Shown piece by piece: positions 1 through 15,033 of a DNA stretch of 64,000 nt. The DNA comes from the human T2T-CHM13v2.0 reference genome, Homo sapiens, in NCBI RefSeq assembly GCF_009914755.1, contig NC_060932.1; one strand, written 5' to 3'. The translations under genes were made by a program, and so were the position numbers. Each line of letters opens with the position of its first letter. Positions within the stretch are counted from its first letter, which is position 1. The notes below the pieces were generated by a model, which did not search any database, was not told where the DNA came from, and saw nothing but the letters and a program-made list of their open reading frames with translations.

Positions 1-1822
<1,822 letters not shown>

Positions 1823-2242
1823 CTGTCTTGTGGCTTTATTTCTTATTTCCTGTTATACCAGTAGCTTTGATGTGCCATCTTTATGCAACAATTTTCTAAT
1901 GCACACAATTTTTGGAATCTTTTTTTCTGTTTTAGTGATATATGAAATAATGTCGAATCTTGATATTATGAAATACAGAAACAAATGTTCTTACTAAAAG
2001 GGAATGCATGTCAGCTATAAGAAATGGTGTATGGCCTTGGGGCTGCTTCACAGGTGGCATAGAATGGCCTTTGTAGGAACATCTTTTGTGGCTCAAAGTT
2101 ATAATGAGTTCATCTACTGTATTCCTTGCTCTGTTTATAAGCAAAACCTCTTTGAGGTTATCCCAGATCTGGCAAGCCAACATAGTTTCATATCTTGCAT
2201 GATTATTTAGTGAGTGGGTATGGATCTGAACTTTAGATAAAG

Positions 2243-2420
2243 TTTTTTTTTAAATTATTTGTACTTATTTATGGGGTACAGTGTGATGTTTCAATACATG
2301 TATACATTGTGTAATGATTAAATCAGGGTAATTAGCATATCCATCACCTCAAACACTTGTCATTTCTTTGTGATGACAACATTGAAAATCTTCTCTTCTA
2401 GCTGTTTTGAAGTATGCATA
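2243..2420 (-). mobile_element. L1MA-type 3' end fragment
   Basis: TATTTATGGGGTACAGTGTGATGTTTCAATACATGTATACATTGTGTAATGATTAAATCAGGGTAATTAGCATATCCATCACCTCAAAC is the antisense L1MA 3'UTR. Confidence 0.8.
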
Positions 2421-3445
2421 CAAATCACAAGGAATTTATAATAATACTATGCAATTACAGAATATAGTCTAATAATGTTACTATTTCCACCATTTTAGGT
2501 TTTCATATACATTTGTGTGTCTGTGCATGTGTGTGTAGACATAAAATTCATTTTATTTTTTAATAAATTATATGTTAACTGAAATCCTCTGGGTAACCAT
2601 TCCTTCTTCTCAGTCCTCCCTTAATTTGAAGTGATAACTTCTAAAAATTCACTATGCTGTATGGATGTGTATGTGGATTTACCTTGGTGTAATAAAAATA
2701 TCTTGAATAATAATAATAAAAAAGGCCTAGAGAACCTGAACCATTCAGTTATTATTTGAACAATGGGACTTCTCTTTGAATTGAGAGGTACTGAAGGACT
2801 TGTTCATCATTAATGAGGATATGTAACACCATGTGAATTACTCAATTCACTGTTTTAAAAAGTTTTGTCATGAATGTAGGTGCATGCACTAAGGTACTAT
2901 AAAATCACAAGCTAATAGGGGATATCTGTTTTATATATGTATATATATGTGTCTGTGTGTGTTTATTCCAACTGTGTTTTTTTGGGGGGTTAGGAACATT
3001 ACGGAGCCTTTAGAAAGCTTTACTTTACTGTTAACATTTAAAACTTTGACAGTAGTTTTCAAACTCAGATATTAAGTTTATGCCATTGTGTTCTTGCCCT
3101 AATTTACTGCCTTTGCAAATTAAGCATTCTTTTTGAATTTTCCTATTGGATGGGGTAATATTTGAGTGTATATAAACAACCAAAAGACTATTTTGAGTAG
3201 CAAGCATTCATAAAATGGTTGATGTGCTTATTCAGTTCATGAGCATACTGATATTGAATAACAATGCTGTGCAATTATTCTATAAACAAATATTCATTGA
3301 ATACTTATTGGGTAATATGGTATGTAAAAGAGAGAGATTGATGAATAAATTCCAGTGATAAAAATATAGCCTCTTTATGGTACTTCCAGTTTATCTATTC
3401 CTGTCCTGTATGGTAGATCTCATTTTAAGACAAAGAAAAGAATAA

Positions 3446-3821
<376 letters not shown>

Positions 3822-3935
3822 TACATGAATTTCTTTATGAGAGAAGGGTCTTATTACTGAGATTGTTCAGGTGTGTTATTTTAAGGCCAAAGAAAGTCTA
3901 GTTATTGTTAAAATTAGGGGCATAATGATGTAATG

Positions 3936-4684
3936 TAGTAGCTCTCAACCCTATCAAATCTAATGCCCCTTTTTGTAACATGTATTTTCTTATGTCCCTT
4001 TACTATCTTGAAATAAAATTCATAATTGTACTTTCCTAAGCTTATGATTTATGAATAAATCTATATAATATAATCTTATTAAGGGAGAAATAAAAGGAAA
4101 GTAATTTATAATAGAAGCACACATTTTTATATTTAGAGCATAACTAGATTTGAAGACATGATGAGGTGTTCAGGTAAGATACTCAGCCTGCCACATGTAT
4201 TGTACCGGGACAGTTACAAGTCTTGCCTGTGTATATGTGTTGCATATTGGCAATGAATATCCTCAAATGAAATAGCCGTGAGTGATGTGATTTTCTAAAA
4301 TGGTAAACATGTCTTTGTCAAATGCGAAATGATATAAAATTTTCTCCTATATTGCTGAGAGATAGATTTCTGGAGCTTTCTGGGTCTATTAAAAGTGGGT
4401 GAAAACTGCTTTGTATTTAGATGTAAAATTGAGTTAGAGTCTAAATTCAAGTAATTATCTACAGGTTTTTAACTTACATGGAAATCTGCGAGAATATTTC
4501 AAAATTGTTCAGGATGTACGACTGTTCTTTGTTGTAAAAGGATTGTTTTGGACATTGAACAACTTCATTATTCTTGGTTGATGGTTAATGTCAGTACTGT
4601 CTCCTAATCATTGTGACAACCAGAAACACTAATTTTTAAAAAATGCCCCCAGAGTGTGGTGCAACTTTCATATAGAATTGACTG
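3936..4684 (+). mobile_element. MER20B-like hAT-Charlie DNA transposon relic
   Basis: Starts TAGTAGCTCTCAACCCTATCAAATCTAATGCCCCTTTT, contains GGAGAAATAAAAGGAAAGTAATTTATAAT and ends in a MER20-like ...CATTGTGACAACCAGAAAC...GACTG. Confidence 0.65.
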
Positions 4685-4689
4685 TCTGT

Positions 4690-4905
4690 AGAACAAAGAG
4701 AAAGTCTACAGGCAAGAGTCACAGCCTTGGATTTGATTCTTGTTTCTTCTACTTACCGCCTTCTTACTGAGGTTTTGATATTGGACAAGATAATCGACCT
4801 TTTACAGTCTTAGTTTCCTGTCTGGAAAACTGGGATGATAATATCTCACAGAGTTGTTTTATGGATTAAATAATATAACGTATTTTAGGTACCTGACATG
4901 TGCTT
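4690..4905 (+). mobile_element. MIR SINE
   Basis: Core-like TTGGACAAGATAATCGACCT...TTAGTTTCCTGTCTGGAAAACTGGGATGATAATATCTCACAGAGTTGTTTTATGGATTAAA. Confidence 0.75.
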
Positions 4906-6194
4906 CATGTGGGATGGGACTATATCTCTTTTATGCACCACTTTTTCATCACTAGTAGACACTTAATAAATACGTGCTTACTCTTGTTATTTAACTCCTA
5001 TATGTCACACTCTGTTCCAATATTAAAAGCATGAGAGGGAGTGATTGTTTATAATAGGCACCATGTCTATCATCTGTGTCTTTCCTTTCAATGTTTTAGA
5101 ACTTGTGAATCTTAGATGAGAATGCTTGTTCTTTGGAATTGTGGCCTTCAGTTTCTAAGACCTTATTAAATAGAAATATGATGGTTTGCTTTACATTTGA
5201 AAGGGATTTATGGGATAAAGGTCCGCCTTAATAAGCACACTAATTTCCCAGCATCCTGATATTTTTTCTTATTTATTTATATTGTTTTGCTAATGTCAGG
5301 ATGGATAGTGGGGGCTATGTAAAAGACCAAGGACCTCCCTTCTCCTGGGAATCCTAATCTTTGTTACACTAATGTTTAAAATACAACATCAGTAATTTCT
5401 TCCTCTTCTTCAATTTTCTTTTTACTCTTCCTGTGATTTTGGCCAATTAATGTTGATATATTTTGTTTTCTTAGTAAATATTTGCTATCTTTGTTGTGTT
5501 ACTTGTTTAACTTTAATCTTAGATGATTCAAACCATTTACTAATGTAAGATAGAATAGTTACTTTTGGCAATTTTAATGCAACTTATTACTTTGAAAATG
5601 TTAGAAGGGACCCCTAGTTTTCCTTTGTAAATTGTCGTTTATTTGGCAGAGAAAGCATTTAATCTGTAAATGCTGCTCTGTGTTTTATAGAATGGTGAAC
5701 CTTACAAGTATTTTATCCCAAATAGATGTTTATTAAAATTTTAACTTAAATATTTGATGATTATTATGAATAAGAGTTTTTAAAGCAGTCACTTTGCTTT
5801 GATATTCACAGTGTGAACAAGCTAAAATTTTCTACCTACTTTCTCTTCTTTTTATTCTTCCAGGTCACCTTTGTGTCAGGCATTGCTACTTTGGCAAACC
5901 TGCTTGCCTTTGACCTTTGGTTACTCAGTTTTAGTTTGGTTTTGAGCCAGTGTGTGCTGAAATCTTTAAAACTAAACAAATATTTAGCATTCATTTGATT
6001 TACCAACAATTGTCTTTTTAAATATTCAGTCACTCCACAAGAAAAGTAACTATTGTCAGTTACAGACTGTAGTACCAAAGTCAGATTCTGGAACATTCTA
6101 TAAATTACTAAAAAACTATCAGGTTATAATTTAGATTGGCTCAGATGATTTTAGGTTGTTTTAGAAGCTGACGGTATTTTTACTCACAATTTTC

Positions 6195-6508
6195 TTTCTT
6201 TTTTCTTTTTCTTTTTTTTTTTTTTTTTTGAGACAGAGTCTTGCTCTGTCGCCCAGGCTGGAGTGCAGTGGCGTGATTTCAGCTCCTGCAGCCTCCGCCT
6301 CCCAGGCTCAAGTTATTCTCCTGCCTCAGTCTCCTGAGCAGCCAGGATTACTGGTGGCACCACCACGCCCAGCTAATTTTTGTATTTTTGTAGAGACGGG
6401 GTTTCACTGTGTTGGCCAGGCTGGTCTCGACCTCCTGACCTTAAGTGATTCACCTGCCTCAGCCTCCCAAAGTGTTGGGATTACAGGCATGAGCCGTCGT
6501 GCCTGGCC
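6195..6508 (-). mobile_element. AluS
   Basis: Dimeric Alu with T-rich tail. Degenerate TSD TACTCACAATTTTC / TATTCCAAATTTTC. Confidence 0.95.
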
Positions 6509-8354
6509 TATTCCAAATTTTCGAATGTGCGTAAATAATTAATATAGATGACTATATTAGATAAGGGACATGATATTTTTCCTAATAAAAGTTTAAACCA
6601 TATTTTTATCCATTCTCTGGTAATTATTTCTTAAAAATGTAAGTACATCAGAGAAATGATTTATTCATTTCCAAGGCTGAGAAGGTGAATTTTAAATTTG
6701 TATTTGAATAACATTTGTAATTTTACTTTACTTGCACATAACATTATTTTTGCTTAGTAAGCTTATGAATCATTTAATTCCTACTATATGAGAAATGTGT
6801 TATGGGATATTGAGAACATTATGATTTAAACGTAATACATATTTAGTTGTCTTCAATCTCATTTCTATCTCTTTGGAAATTAAAAGGTTCCAAAACTAAG
6901 ACTGTGGGAATGAAAGTGAGACTTTTGTTTTCTTTTAGTTGTATCAAAATGTAAATTCCTGGGAAGGCTATTTTTGCCTTTTGTGTCACAATTATTATGG
7001 GAAGCCAAACAAGCTGCTATTAGGTGTTAGAGAATACAATAAAATTAGACCCTTATTTGCTCACTGGCCAAAGACCACGTGTTCCTTTAGTTGTATCCTT
7101 CAGACGAGCAACCTTGTTGTTTGTGCCCTTGCTTTTGCCTTTTCCTTTGTGTAATTTTGTTCTTTTCCTAGAGCCATTTGTAATTGACTGCTGTTTACTA
7201 ATAGTTTAGAGCAAAATAGCCACCTTTTTCATGGAACACTTCAGAGCCAACTGCATCATTAAAATGTACAAATGCTCTATGAAAATGTATTCAGTTAGTA
7301 AGATTAGGCTGAATTGCTAGATTTAGGCTTTACTAGATCACTAATATTTTCACTTAATTAAGGCTAGTACTTTTTTTCCTGAGTAGAGATTCCGTTTGTT
7401 TTCAAGAACTCAAGAATATGCTGCTGCTCTTTATGTTGCTCTGGAGGCATGAATGTAATTTTGCACATAAAAATATTCTACAAATCTTTCCTTAAGAGAA
7501 TAAGGGAGGAAAATAAAAGTACATTTTTAATTTGAGGGTTGGTCATTAGACTTATTTTGCCTATAAGATTGACAGCGTGACTGCTCTTTAAATGTTGAAT
7601 TGGGAGTTTAACATGAATGCAATCCACATGTCTGTGTCAGAGTTTTTTGTATTTTTTTCCTGGAGATGGGAAGTATAAACATGCAAAGACTTAGCTATTG
7701 CAAGAACCTTATTTTGGTTTCTTACCCTGTTCTGTTTTGTATCTGCATTTGTAAAGGAATTTAAGGAAGTTGGAATGGATGCAAAGAAAAGGAATAATCA
7801 TCATTAGGATAGAAACAAAGACACAAGGAAAACAAAGTATAGTTCTTAAACACGATTGTCTTACTTCCTTGATAATTCTTTCTGATGTGTGTTATCTTCT
7901 GCACTCTGTACTAAGTCACAAAAGATGTACAAATAATTTTTACCAGAAAAGTATAGAACAGAATCAGAATGTGAATTACTTGCTCAGGACATAGTTATCC
8001 AACATTGTTTAATAATTATCACAAGAGAGCCAAATACTAGGAACGACCGACTGAGATCTTCAGCCTAGAGGGTGGGGTAGACAGGCTTGGCCAGTTCGTA
8101 CTCTTTCGTTCCTTTTGAGCAAGGGAGGAAGTACAGGTGAATGTGTTTAATAGATACGTGTTCACTGATGTATACACAACAAACTTTCACTTTGTTTTTC
8201 CTTTCATACCTATCATGACACTCTTAGCTGCATGACGGTAATTACAGAGACAGAGATTTCTTAGTAATCTTCTCAGGGAGCATAGAGAGTTTTAAACAGT
8301 GACTCTTAGGAAAGTTGGTCATTTTCTGTCTCAACAAAGGATAGAGGGAAGGAA

Positions 8355-8600
8355 ACTAACAATTATTGAACAATATTTCCAGATACTATGGTTGATGCTT
8401 ATTTTCTTACATCCTTAAAAACTCAGAATAGCCCAGTGAAGAAAGAACTCCTTCATTTTTGCATTGAGAAAACAGGCTTAGGCAATATATTGCAATATGG
8501 CTTATTAACCATCTCAAAGACACATAACTAATAAGTGGCACAACAAGGAATTGAACCAATATGTTTATATCCCCAAAGCTCTCTATTATATCATGCCATC
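8355..8600 (-). mobile_element. MIR SINE
   Basis: Antisense core CATTTTTGCATTGAGAAAACAGGCTTAG...CACATAACTAATAAGTGGCA...GAATTGAACC. Confidence 0.65.
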
Positions 8601-10122
8601 TCAAATCAAGTGTCTAAATAATTGGAAATGGAAGTAATAGAGAGTTTAGTTAAGTACAACTTAGATAGGCTATTATCTAAGCACAATTAAAACTTAGATA
8701 GGCTACCAAGTACACTTGAAAACATAGTGCTGTATTCCTCTTCCCCAATAAGGTTGTTGTTCTAAATAATTAGCTTGCATTTTGATTAATCTTGATTGTG
8801 CTCTGATACAAAATATTGCAATTATTTGACTTGCAACCTGCTTTATAGAGTTAGTGATTTATTGAATATCTTGGAAGCAAGTCCTTGACAGGCAGTATTT
8901 TAAGGTGAAATTGCTATGTGAGGATTTTGTTAACCTGACGTTTTGTGGTTTCGCCTCATAAAACTGGCAAAGGACTCCCAGCGTGGAATGTTAATGGGGT
9001 GAAGTAATGAATGCAGGCTGAGTTACAAGCATCCAGATATGAGCAATCCTATAGTTCATACTCCATGATTCTTGCGGGAGGTCTTTGTAGACAGAAGCTT
9101 TACTAAAAGATAAAAGCAGTAGGAGATCGTTAAAACTCAGCAGTTGATCAAACTCTTTCTGAAACCTAGGCTTAGAAGCCAAGCAGAGATATGAACATGG
9201 GAAAGTAGTTAATCTATTATAGTCTTTCATGATAATTTTCACTTTCTCAAACTGTTGAAGTAAATAATTGTTGGGTACCTATTTACTCTAACCAAATATT
9301 AACCTTTTTATTCTTTTCAGCTTTTAAGTACTGCCCATTCCACTTCTATATTTTGATCCCTCAATCAGATAGCTAATTTAATTCCAGCATTAGTTATGCA
9401 GATTTTATTCCACTGGACCAAAGCAATATACTGTGTTCCTCTTCCCATTTAATTTTATTTTAAAACTTTGCTTGCAGAGCTGAAAGATTTCTTAGAGTTT
9501 TCATGGGGCTGGGGTTCTGGCTGCTTGCTTCTAGATTGTATCAAAGCAGCTCTGCCTTTTTTCTGATTTATTTGTTGGACTACTCCATGAGATTTTGTCT
9601 GAAAAAAAGAAAAAATGTCCTGTTCCTAAGAAAGTTTGAAAGCCACATATATAGCTGTTTAATTTAAAGGGTATCAATTGTAAGATATGTTTTCAACATT
9701 TTTGTTGATCACGTATTTCAAGTGACAGAGCACAAGGGTATAGATTACCTTGAATCTTGTATTCTAAAGAAAAGAACCAATTATTTATATATTGAGGGGA
9801 ATTTTAGGACTTGTTACTATAATGTAGTCAGTTTTGTAGATTACATCTAGTTACAAAGATTATATATGGTTTTAAAAATTGTTGTATTTTGATATTTTAT
9901 TTTTAATTAAAGGCTCTTCCTTCTCCTTCCATTGTATAATCATATTAAGGTATCTTTTAGATAAAATCTGAAAACACTTTTCTTAATCATTCTCATTTTC
10001 ATTGAGATTCTGAACAGGTAGGCTAGCATTATTGTTCTCAAATGGCTAATGACATATTTTAATCTATGCTTTACTGCTTATACAATTAGTTAAAAGGTCT
10101 TAAAATTCTTTGAGATTCTCTT

Positions 10123-10251
10123 CTTTAAGAAAAAAAATACAAAGTTCCAATATGTTGAAGAGGTTGGGCTCAAACTCCTGGGTTCAAGCAGTTCTCTCAC
10201 CTGGGCCCCCCAAAGTGTTGGAATTACAGGCATGAGCCACTGTGCTCGGCC
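10123..10251 (-). mobile_element. FLAM / left Alu monomer
   Basis: CTCAAACTCCTGGGTTCAAGCAGTTCT...AAAGTGTTGGAATTACAGGCATGAGCCACTGTGCTCGGCC, flanked by the direct repeat AGATTCTCTT (10113-10122 and 10253-10262). Confidence 0.75.
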
Positions 10252-11449
10252 AAGATTCTCTTAAATTCATCTTTTGCTTTTTATTTCCGCTTACCCTGCT
10301 TTAGACTAACTTCTCACCGTCAATCACAGAATTGGTTGGATAGTTTGCTTTCTTGCTAATTTTGCCTTCTTTCACTTGTTCTCTATAAATTGTCCAGACT
10401 ATCAGATAAAATCCAAATGTTTCATCCTTTGCAACTGCTCATATACTGTCTAACTTAGTGAAACAAACTGTTTTCATTGTTATTTGTTCTTCAGAATACT
10501 ACCTCCTAAGTAAATGGTACCTCCCTATCAAAGGCAATTTTGTGAAATGTATTATTCAAAGCAACCTTAGCAGTATAATTCTTATCTGTGTATATCTGTG
10601 GCTCAAGCCAAAATCTCAATCAGCTTAAATCTGGCATCTCAGGGGAGAGTTATTATTTAGTTCCCTTAACATTATTTTCCATGATTGGCAAGGACCTAGT
10701 CAAGATGTTTTTGTTAGTTCCTCTTAGAAAAAAGATCACTTTTGGGATATCAGCTTTCAAGTATCAGGTAATTTCCTGTTTAGGTCTTTATATAAATGCC
10801 TATCAACCCTTATAATACTTTTTATTTTATCCCTTTGTATCTACATTCCAAATAATTAAATCATGCATTCCTTTTACGGCCCTTAGTATCTCAACCAAAA
10901 TAAATTTTTATTCTTTAGATTTTTGCCCTGATTAAATTATTTATTTGTTTTCCATAGGATATGTTTTTTGGGGGTCATTTCTCAATACTCCCAAAGCTGT
11001 ACCTTAATGATTGGTTTACTTACATACCCTTGTAACCAGTTTATTGAAAACAAAAATTATTTCTTACTCTACAGTTTTCCTTCTTGGCAATTTCTTATTG
11101 CATTTCCTTCTATTCTGTGCACAGAAAAACAATAATGTATTATAGTGGAAGTATTGGGGAGATAGTGACTCAAATAATTTTCTGTGCTTTGTGGTTTAGA
11201 TGAGGAACCCTGCTTGAAAAAACAGGCATGTGCGACAGGTACTCAGTGTATATATTGAGTGAATAAATTTGTGTTATTTACATTTTATGTTTGATATGTG
11301 TATCTTATTTCCCAACTATATTCTAAGCTTAGGGAGAGCTTAAACAATGTCCTCTTCTATATGTGAATTTGTCTAATTGGTAAGTAAGTAGTTTATGAAA
11401 AAATTAAATAATTTGAAATAAGGCAGAATTTCTATCTATCATCTCTAGG

Positions 11450-11453
<4 letters not shown>

Positions 11454-11484
<31 letters not shown>

Positions 11485-11699
11485 AGACAGAATCTTGCTC
11501 TGTTGCCTAGTGGCACAATCTCAGCTCACTGCAACCTCTGCCTCCCAGGCTCTCCTGCCCTGCTAATTTTTGTATTTTTTGTAGAGATGAGGTTTTGCCA
11601 CGTTGCTCAAGCTGGTCTCAAACTGGAGAGCTCAAGCGATCTGCCCACCTCAGCCTCCGAAAGTGCTGGGATTATAGACATGAACCACCATGCCCAGCC
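11454..11699 (-). mobile_element. Alu with internal deletions in the right arm
   Basis: About 30 T, then GAGACAGAATCTTGCTCTGTTGCC. The right arm is shortened and the left arm intact. Confidence 0.9.
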
Positions 11700-12061
11700 A
11701 TCCCTGCATATTAATAAATTTCATGTATTTGTTAGTCTCCTACAAATATATCATTTATCACAATTTATTTTATCAATTTTGAGATACTTTTTTCATACTT
11801 TAACTTTTCTGAAAATAAATGGCCTCTTACTACTGGCCTCAGTTGAAGTTCAGCTCTGATAGAGGGAGTTTGTGTTTGCCTCTGGCATTCAATCTCAGAC
11901 ACATGAGACCACTTTGAATTAAGTTGTTAGATGATTTTTGGATTTCACTGATAGTGTGAATTTAGACTGCCATAATTGTTAATACTGGGTTTTGGTTTCA
12001 ATTTTATGAGATTTCTTCCCCTACCCTCCACCTAGTACAAAGATTCGTTTATGAGTTTCTT

Positions 12062-12197
12062 CCTATTTCTGTCTACTTCGAAGAGTTTTTTTCTTTAATC
12101 TTAAACAAAGGTGTACCCCTTGGGTCTTCCAATTCTATGTACATGTAAAATAATTGTGTGTCATGATTGATGGTGTCTTAGATAAGAAGAAATACAG
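12062..12197. mobile_element. MER104-like Tc2/Kanga-group MITE relic
   Basis: Ends GTACATGTAAAATAATTGTGTGTCATGATTGATGGTGTCTTAGATAAGAAGAAATACAG, resembling the recalled ...GATGGCGTCTTAGATTCGATGAAATACGG terminus. Confidence 0.45.
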
Positions 12198-12447
12198 AAT
12201 TGCAGTCAACCTAATTGGGTAGAATGGCAACTGCAGGAAATTGAGTCATCCCAATTCAATTTAAATTTTGAAGTTTACCAATGACTAACCAAATATTATT
12301 AAAGAACAGTGATTTTATTTGGGATTTCACTTTCAAAATGGAATTTACATTAATGTAGTATTTAGATTTAATGTATTAATAATTAATATAGGTAGCCAGT
12401 CAAATAAATGGCAGCTAGCCAGTCAAATAAATACAAAAATTTGCATC

Positions 12448-12645
12448 AGAGCACAGTCAAGATTAATCAGACACAAGGTAGAAGCATGGGGAGACAGATA
12501 GAGCAGTCAACACACATAAGATATTATACAGGTGGGAGGGAAAGAGCACATGGGGTTAATTAAAACACAAGTTACAGGCAAGAGACTAGAGATAGGGCAG
12601 TCAACACACTTCGGATACTGTATAAGTGGATGGGAAAGACCACAC
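12448..12645. repeat. Diverged ~95-bp tandem duplication (2 copies plus a partial)
   Basis: AGAGCACA...TTAAT...ACACAAG...GAGATAG(A/G)GCAGTCAACACAC...GGGAAAGA recurs at about 12448 and 12543. Confidence 0.8.
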
Positions 12646-12927
12646 TATCTGAATCTGGTGGCATGGAATGTTTATGTATCCCCTGCCCACTTTACAGATG
12701 ACTAACTTACCCTCTATGTTTATAACACATTTTATGATCTCTACTGTTTCATAAGCTACTTTGGTTACTCACAATTTGTATGATTTCTATCTGTATCTCA
12801 TAAGATGCTAGTTTACTTACTATCTATGGTTAACATTTCTTATGAGTCTTATTCATCCTGTTTTTCTTGATTTATAATGTAACAGAATATTCTCAAACAA
12901 TACACAAAATATACCTTACAAAAATTC

Positions 12928-13560
12928 TCTATCAGTCAAGGTTTAATTAGAGAAGCAGAACCACTAGGAGATATACTTTTAAAGTAGAAGTCCCCGATCT
13001 GTTGGCCATAGGCCAAAATGGTTCCATGGTCTATTAGGAACCAGGCTGCATAGCAGGTTAGTGGTGGGTTAGTGATCATTACTGCGTGTACACCATCTCA
13101 TGTCAGATCAGCTGCAACATTAGATTCTCCTAGGAGTGCAAACCCCATTGTGAACTGTGCATGCAAGGGATCTAGGCTGCACGCTCCTCATGAGAATCTA
13201 ATGTCTGATGATCTGAGGTGGAACAGTTTCATCCTGAAACAATCGCCATCCCTGAACCAAGTCCGTGGTAAAATTGTCTTCCACAAAACCTGTCCCTGGT
13301 ACCAAATGGTTCAGGAGTGCTGATAGAAAGGATTTATTATAAAGATTTCTCCATACTCAATTGTGGGAGTTTTAAAAAAATTCTGTGGGAACTATTACTT
13401 TTGTGTTTGGTGCTATCACCTGAGGTCAGCAAGGCAGGAAGTTGAGCTGGGAAAACAGATATGAAGTAGGGGAAGCAAGGACAAATGGCAACCTGAAAGG
13501 TTTAGTGGGACCTGGATACTCTCTGTTTCCAACTTTGGTGATATAGGTGTCTTGTAGGAG
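12928..13560 (-). mobile_element. MLT2-like (ERVL) LTR fragment interrupted by MER1B
   Basis: TATCAGTCAAGGTTTAATTAGAGAAGCAGAACCACTAGGAGATATA resumes after MER1B as GATTTATTATAAAGATTT...CAATTGTGGGAG. Confidence 0.5.
12985..13322 (+). mobile_element. MER1B hAT-Charlie MITE, full length
   Basis: CATTAGATTCTCCTAGGAGTGCAAACCCCATTGTGAACTGTGCATGCAAGGGATCTAGG...ATGAGAATCTAATGTCTGATGATCTGAGGTGGAACAGTTTCATCC. Confidence 0.9.
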
Positions 13561-13785
13561 AAGATAGCTAAATTTTAAACCTGAGATGATTGGATAAGAT
13601 AACTTTTAACAAGTTTCAAGTATTTGCAAGGAGATAGAAAAATCAGGAATTGATCAAGTTAAGATTTTTGTTACTATGTTGGTCTTTTTATAAAATGGCT
13701 ATTTTATGCAAATAAAGAAGCAGTTAATTTTTTTCAGTCAGTTTGAGTGTTTTAAATCAAAATATTCTTTGATATCTTCTGAGGA
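13561..13785 (+). repeat. Dispersed ~225-bp direct repeat, copy 1
   Basis: Colinear with 17267-17500, e.g. TTTGCAAGGAGATAGAAAAATCAGGAATT vs TTTGCAAGGAAATAGAAAAATCAGGAATT. Confidence 0.9.
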
Positions 13786-14850
13786 GATCTCAATTTGTCC
13801 AGCTACATCCCTGCAGTAGAAGAAGAGTGTGAATTCATACATCTGAAAATTCCAGCCCAAAGCAAGCAGCTACGAAAGGAAAATCTACTTTACGTCTCTT
13901 AGATTAAAAATCTTTGTAAGTTTGACATTCTACTCCACAATGCATTCTGTTTGTTTTACCTCTCCTCCCCCTAGTTATTAGATTAAGTTGCTCATCTACT
14001 AAGACCTACTGTGCTTATTTTTTCAGTTGAGTGCTTCTTAGCTTACCACTATACATGCCTATATATGTAAGTACCCTCTTTTGAAAAGTCTAGCTCATGA
14101 TGATTTCTAAGATTCCTTCCAGTTGGGCTCTTTCTGGATTATAGACTTCTAAAGTATTCAAAATTGTGAACTGTTATCTTTCCAGTTTTTATGTGAAACA
14201 TATAGAGTGAAAATTTAATTCTCTTGGCCTTGTTTTCATAGGTATAAACCCTGTATTTTAGTTTGGGGCATATTCTGAAAAAATGATTCATTTCAATAAA
14301 AGCAGCTATAGTATATTACAATCAATGCTTATATTCAAGCATGTGTTTAGTAAAATGAAATATTATTAATTTTGAAAAGATACATTTTTAAGGTATTATG
14401 GAAGAACATTGTGGTCTATATATTTTGTTTTGACAAAATCACCTTAGGGAATGCAGATCATAATTTTATGTCTACATTTTTTTGCCTTGACATCCAATGC
14501 ATGTTTTTAGTAATTCAAGGAAATCCATCTGCTTTAAGAGGAAAAACCCTGTTAATTCCAGATTATAAATAAAATTGATCTTTTTGAGTGTAATTTCCAG
14601 TTTCGTTTTTGAAGCAACTTATTTCTTTCTGAGCCATCAGCTGTAGTGGATTACATTAAACATAACCACTAAGCATTCTCAGTGAACTTTATCTTTCTGT
14701 TTTTCCTACAAATATATTTCCTCTAGGATTTTATTAAATAATGTCATTCTTATCATCTTGACAGATTCTAGTAACAGACTGCAACATAGTGAATCTAACA
14801 GCAAATAAAAATAAAATAGATAAATGATAGCATTCAGTATTCCTTTCAAG

Positions 14851-15033
14851 CATGGTATTTTGACAATGGCGTGAAGGACATTTTGGGCCACATAATTCTG
14901 TCTCATACATTGTTGGATATTCTGTAGTATCCCTGACCTCTTCCCACTAGATACCAGTGGCACCCTTGGTTTGTTTCCAGACAGTGCTATATTTCCTATG
15001 GGTGATGAAGTCACCCCTGTTTGAGAGTCACTG
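14851..15033 (+). mobile_element. MER20 hAT-Charlie MITE (internally deleted)
   Basis: GACATTTTGGGCCACATAATTCT...ATCCCTGACCTCTTCCCACTAGATACCAGTGGCACC...TCACCCCTGTTTGAGAGTCACTG. Confidence 0.8.

Noticed and set aside
5864-5998. Strong-looking acceptor TTTTTATTCTTCCAG followed by a hydrophobic ORF
   Set aside because: No good donor before the stop and no recognisable protein. Hydrophobicity reflects T-richness.
12448-12645. Repeat-spacer-like periodicity
   Set aside because: The whole unit is duplicated with no unique spacers, the context is eukaryotic and there are no cas genes.
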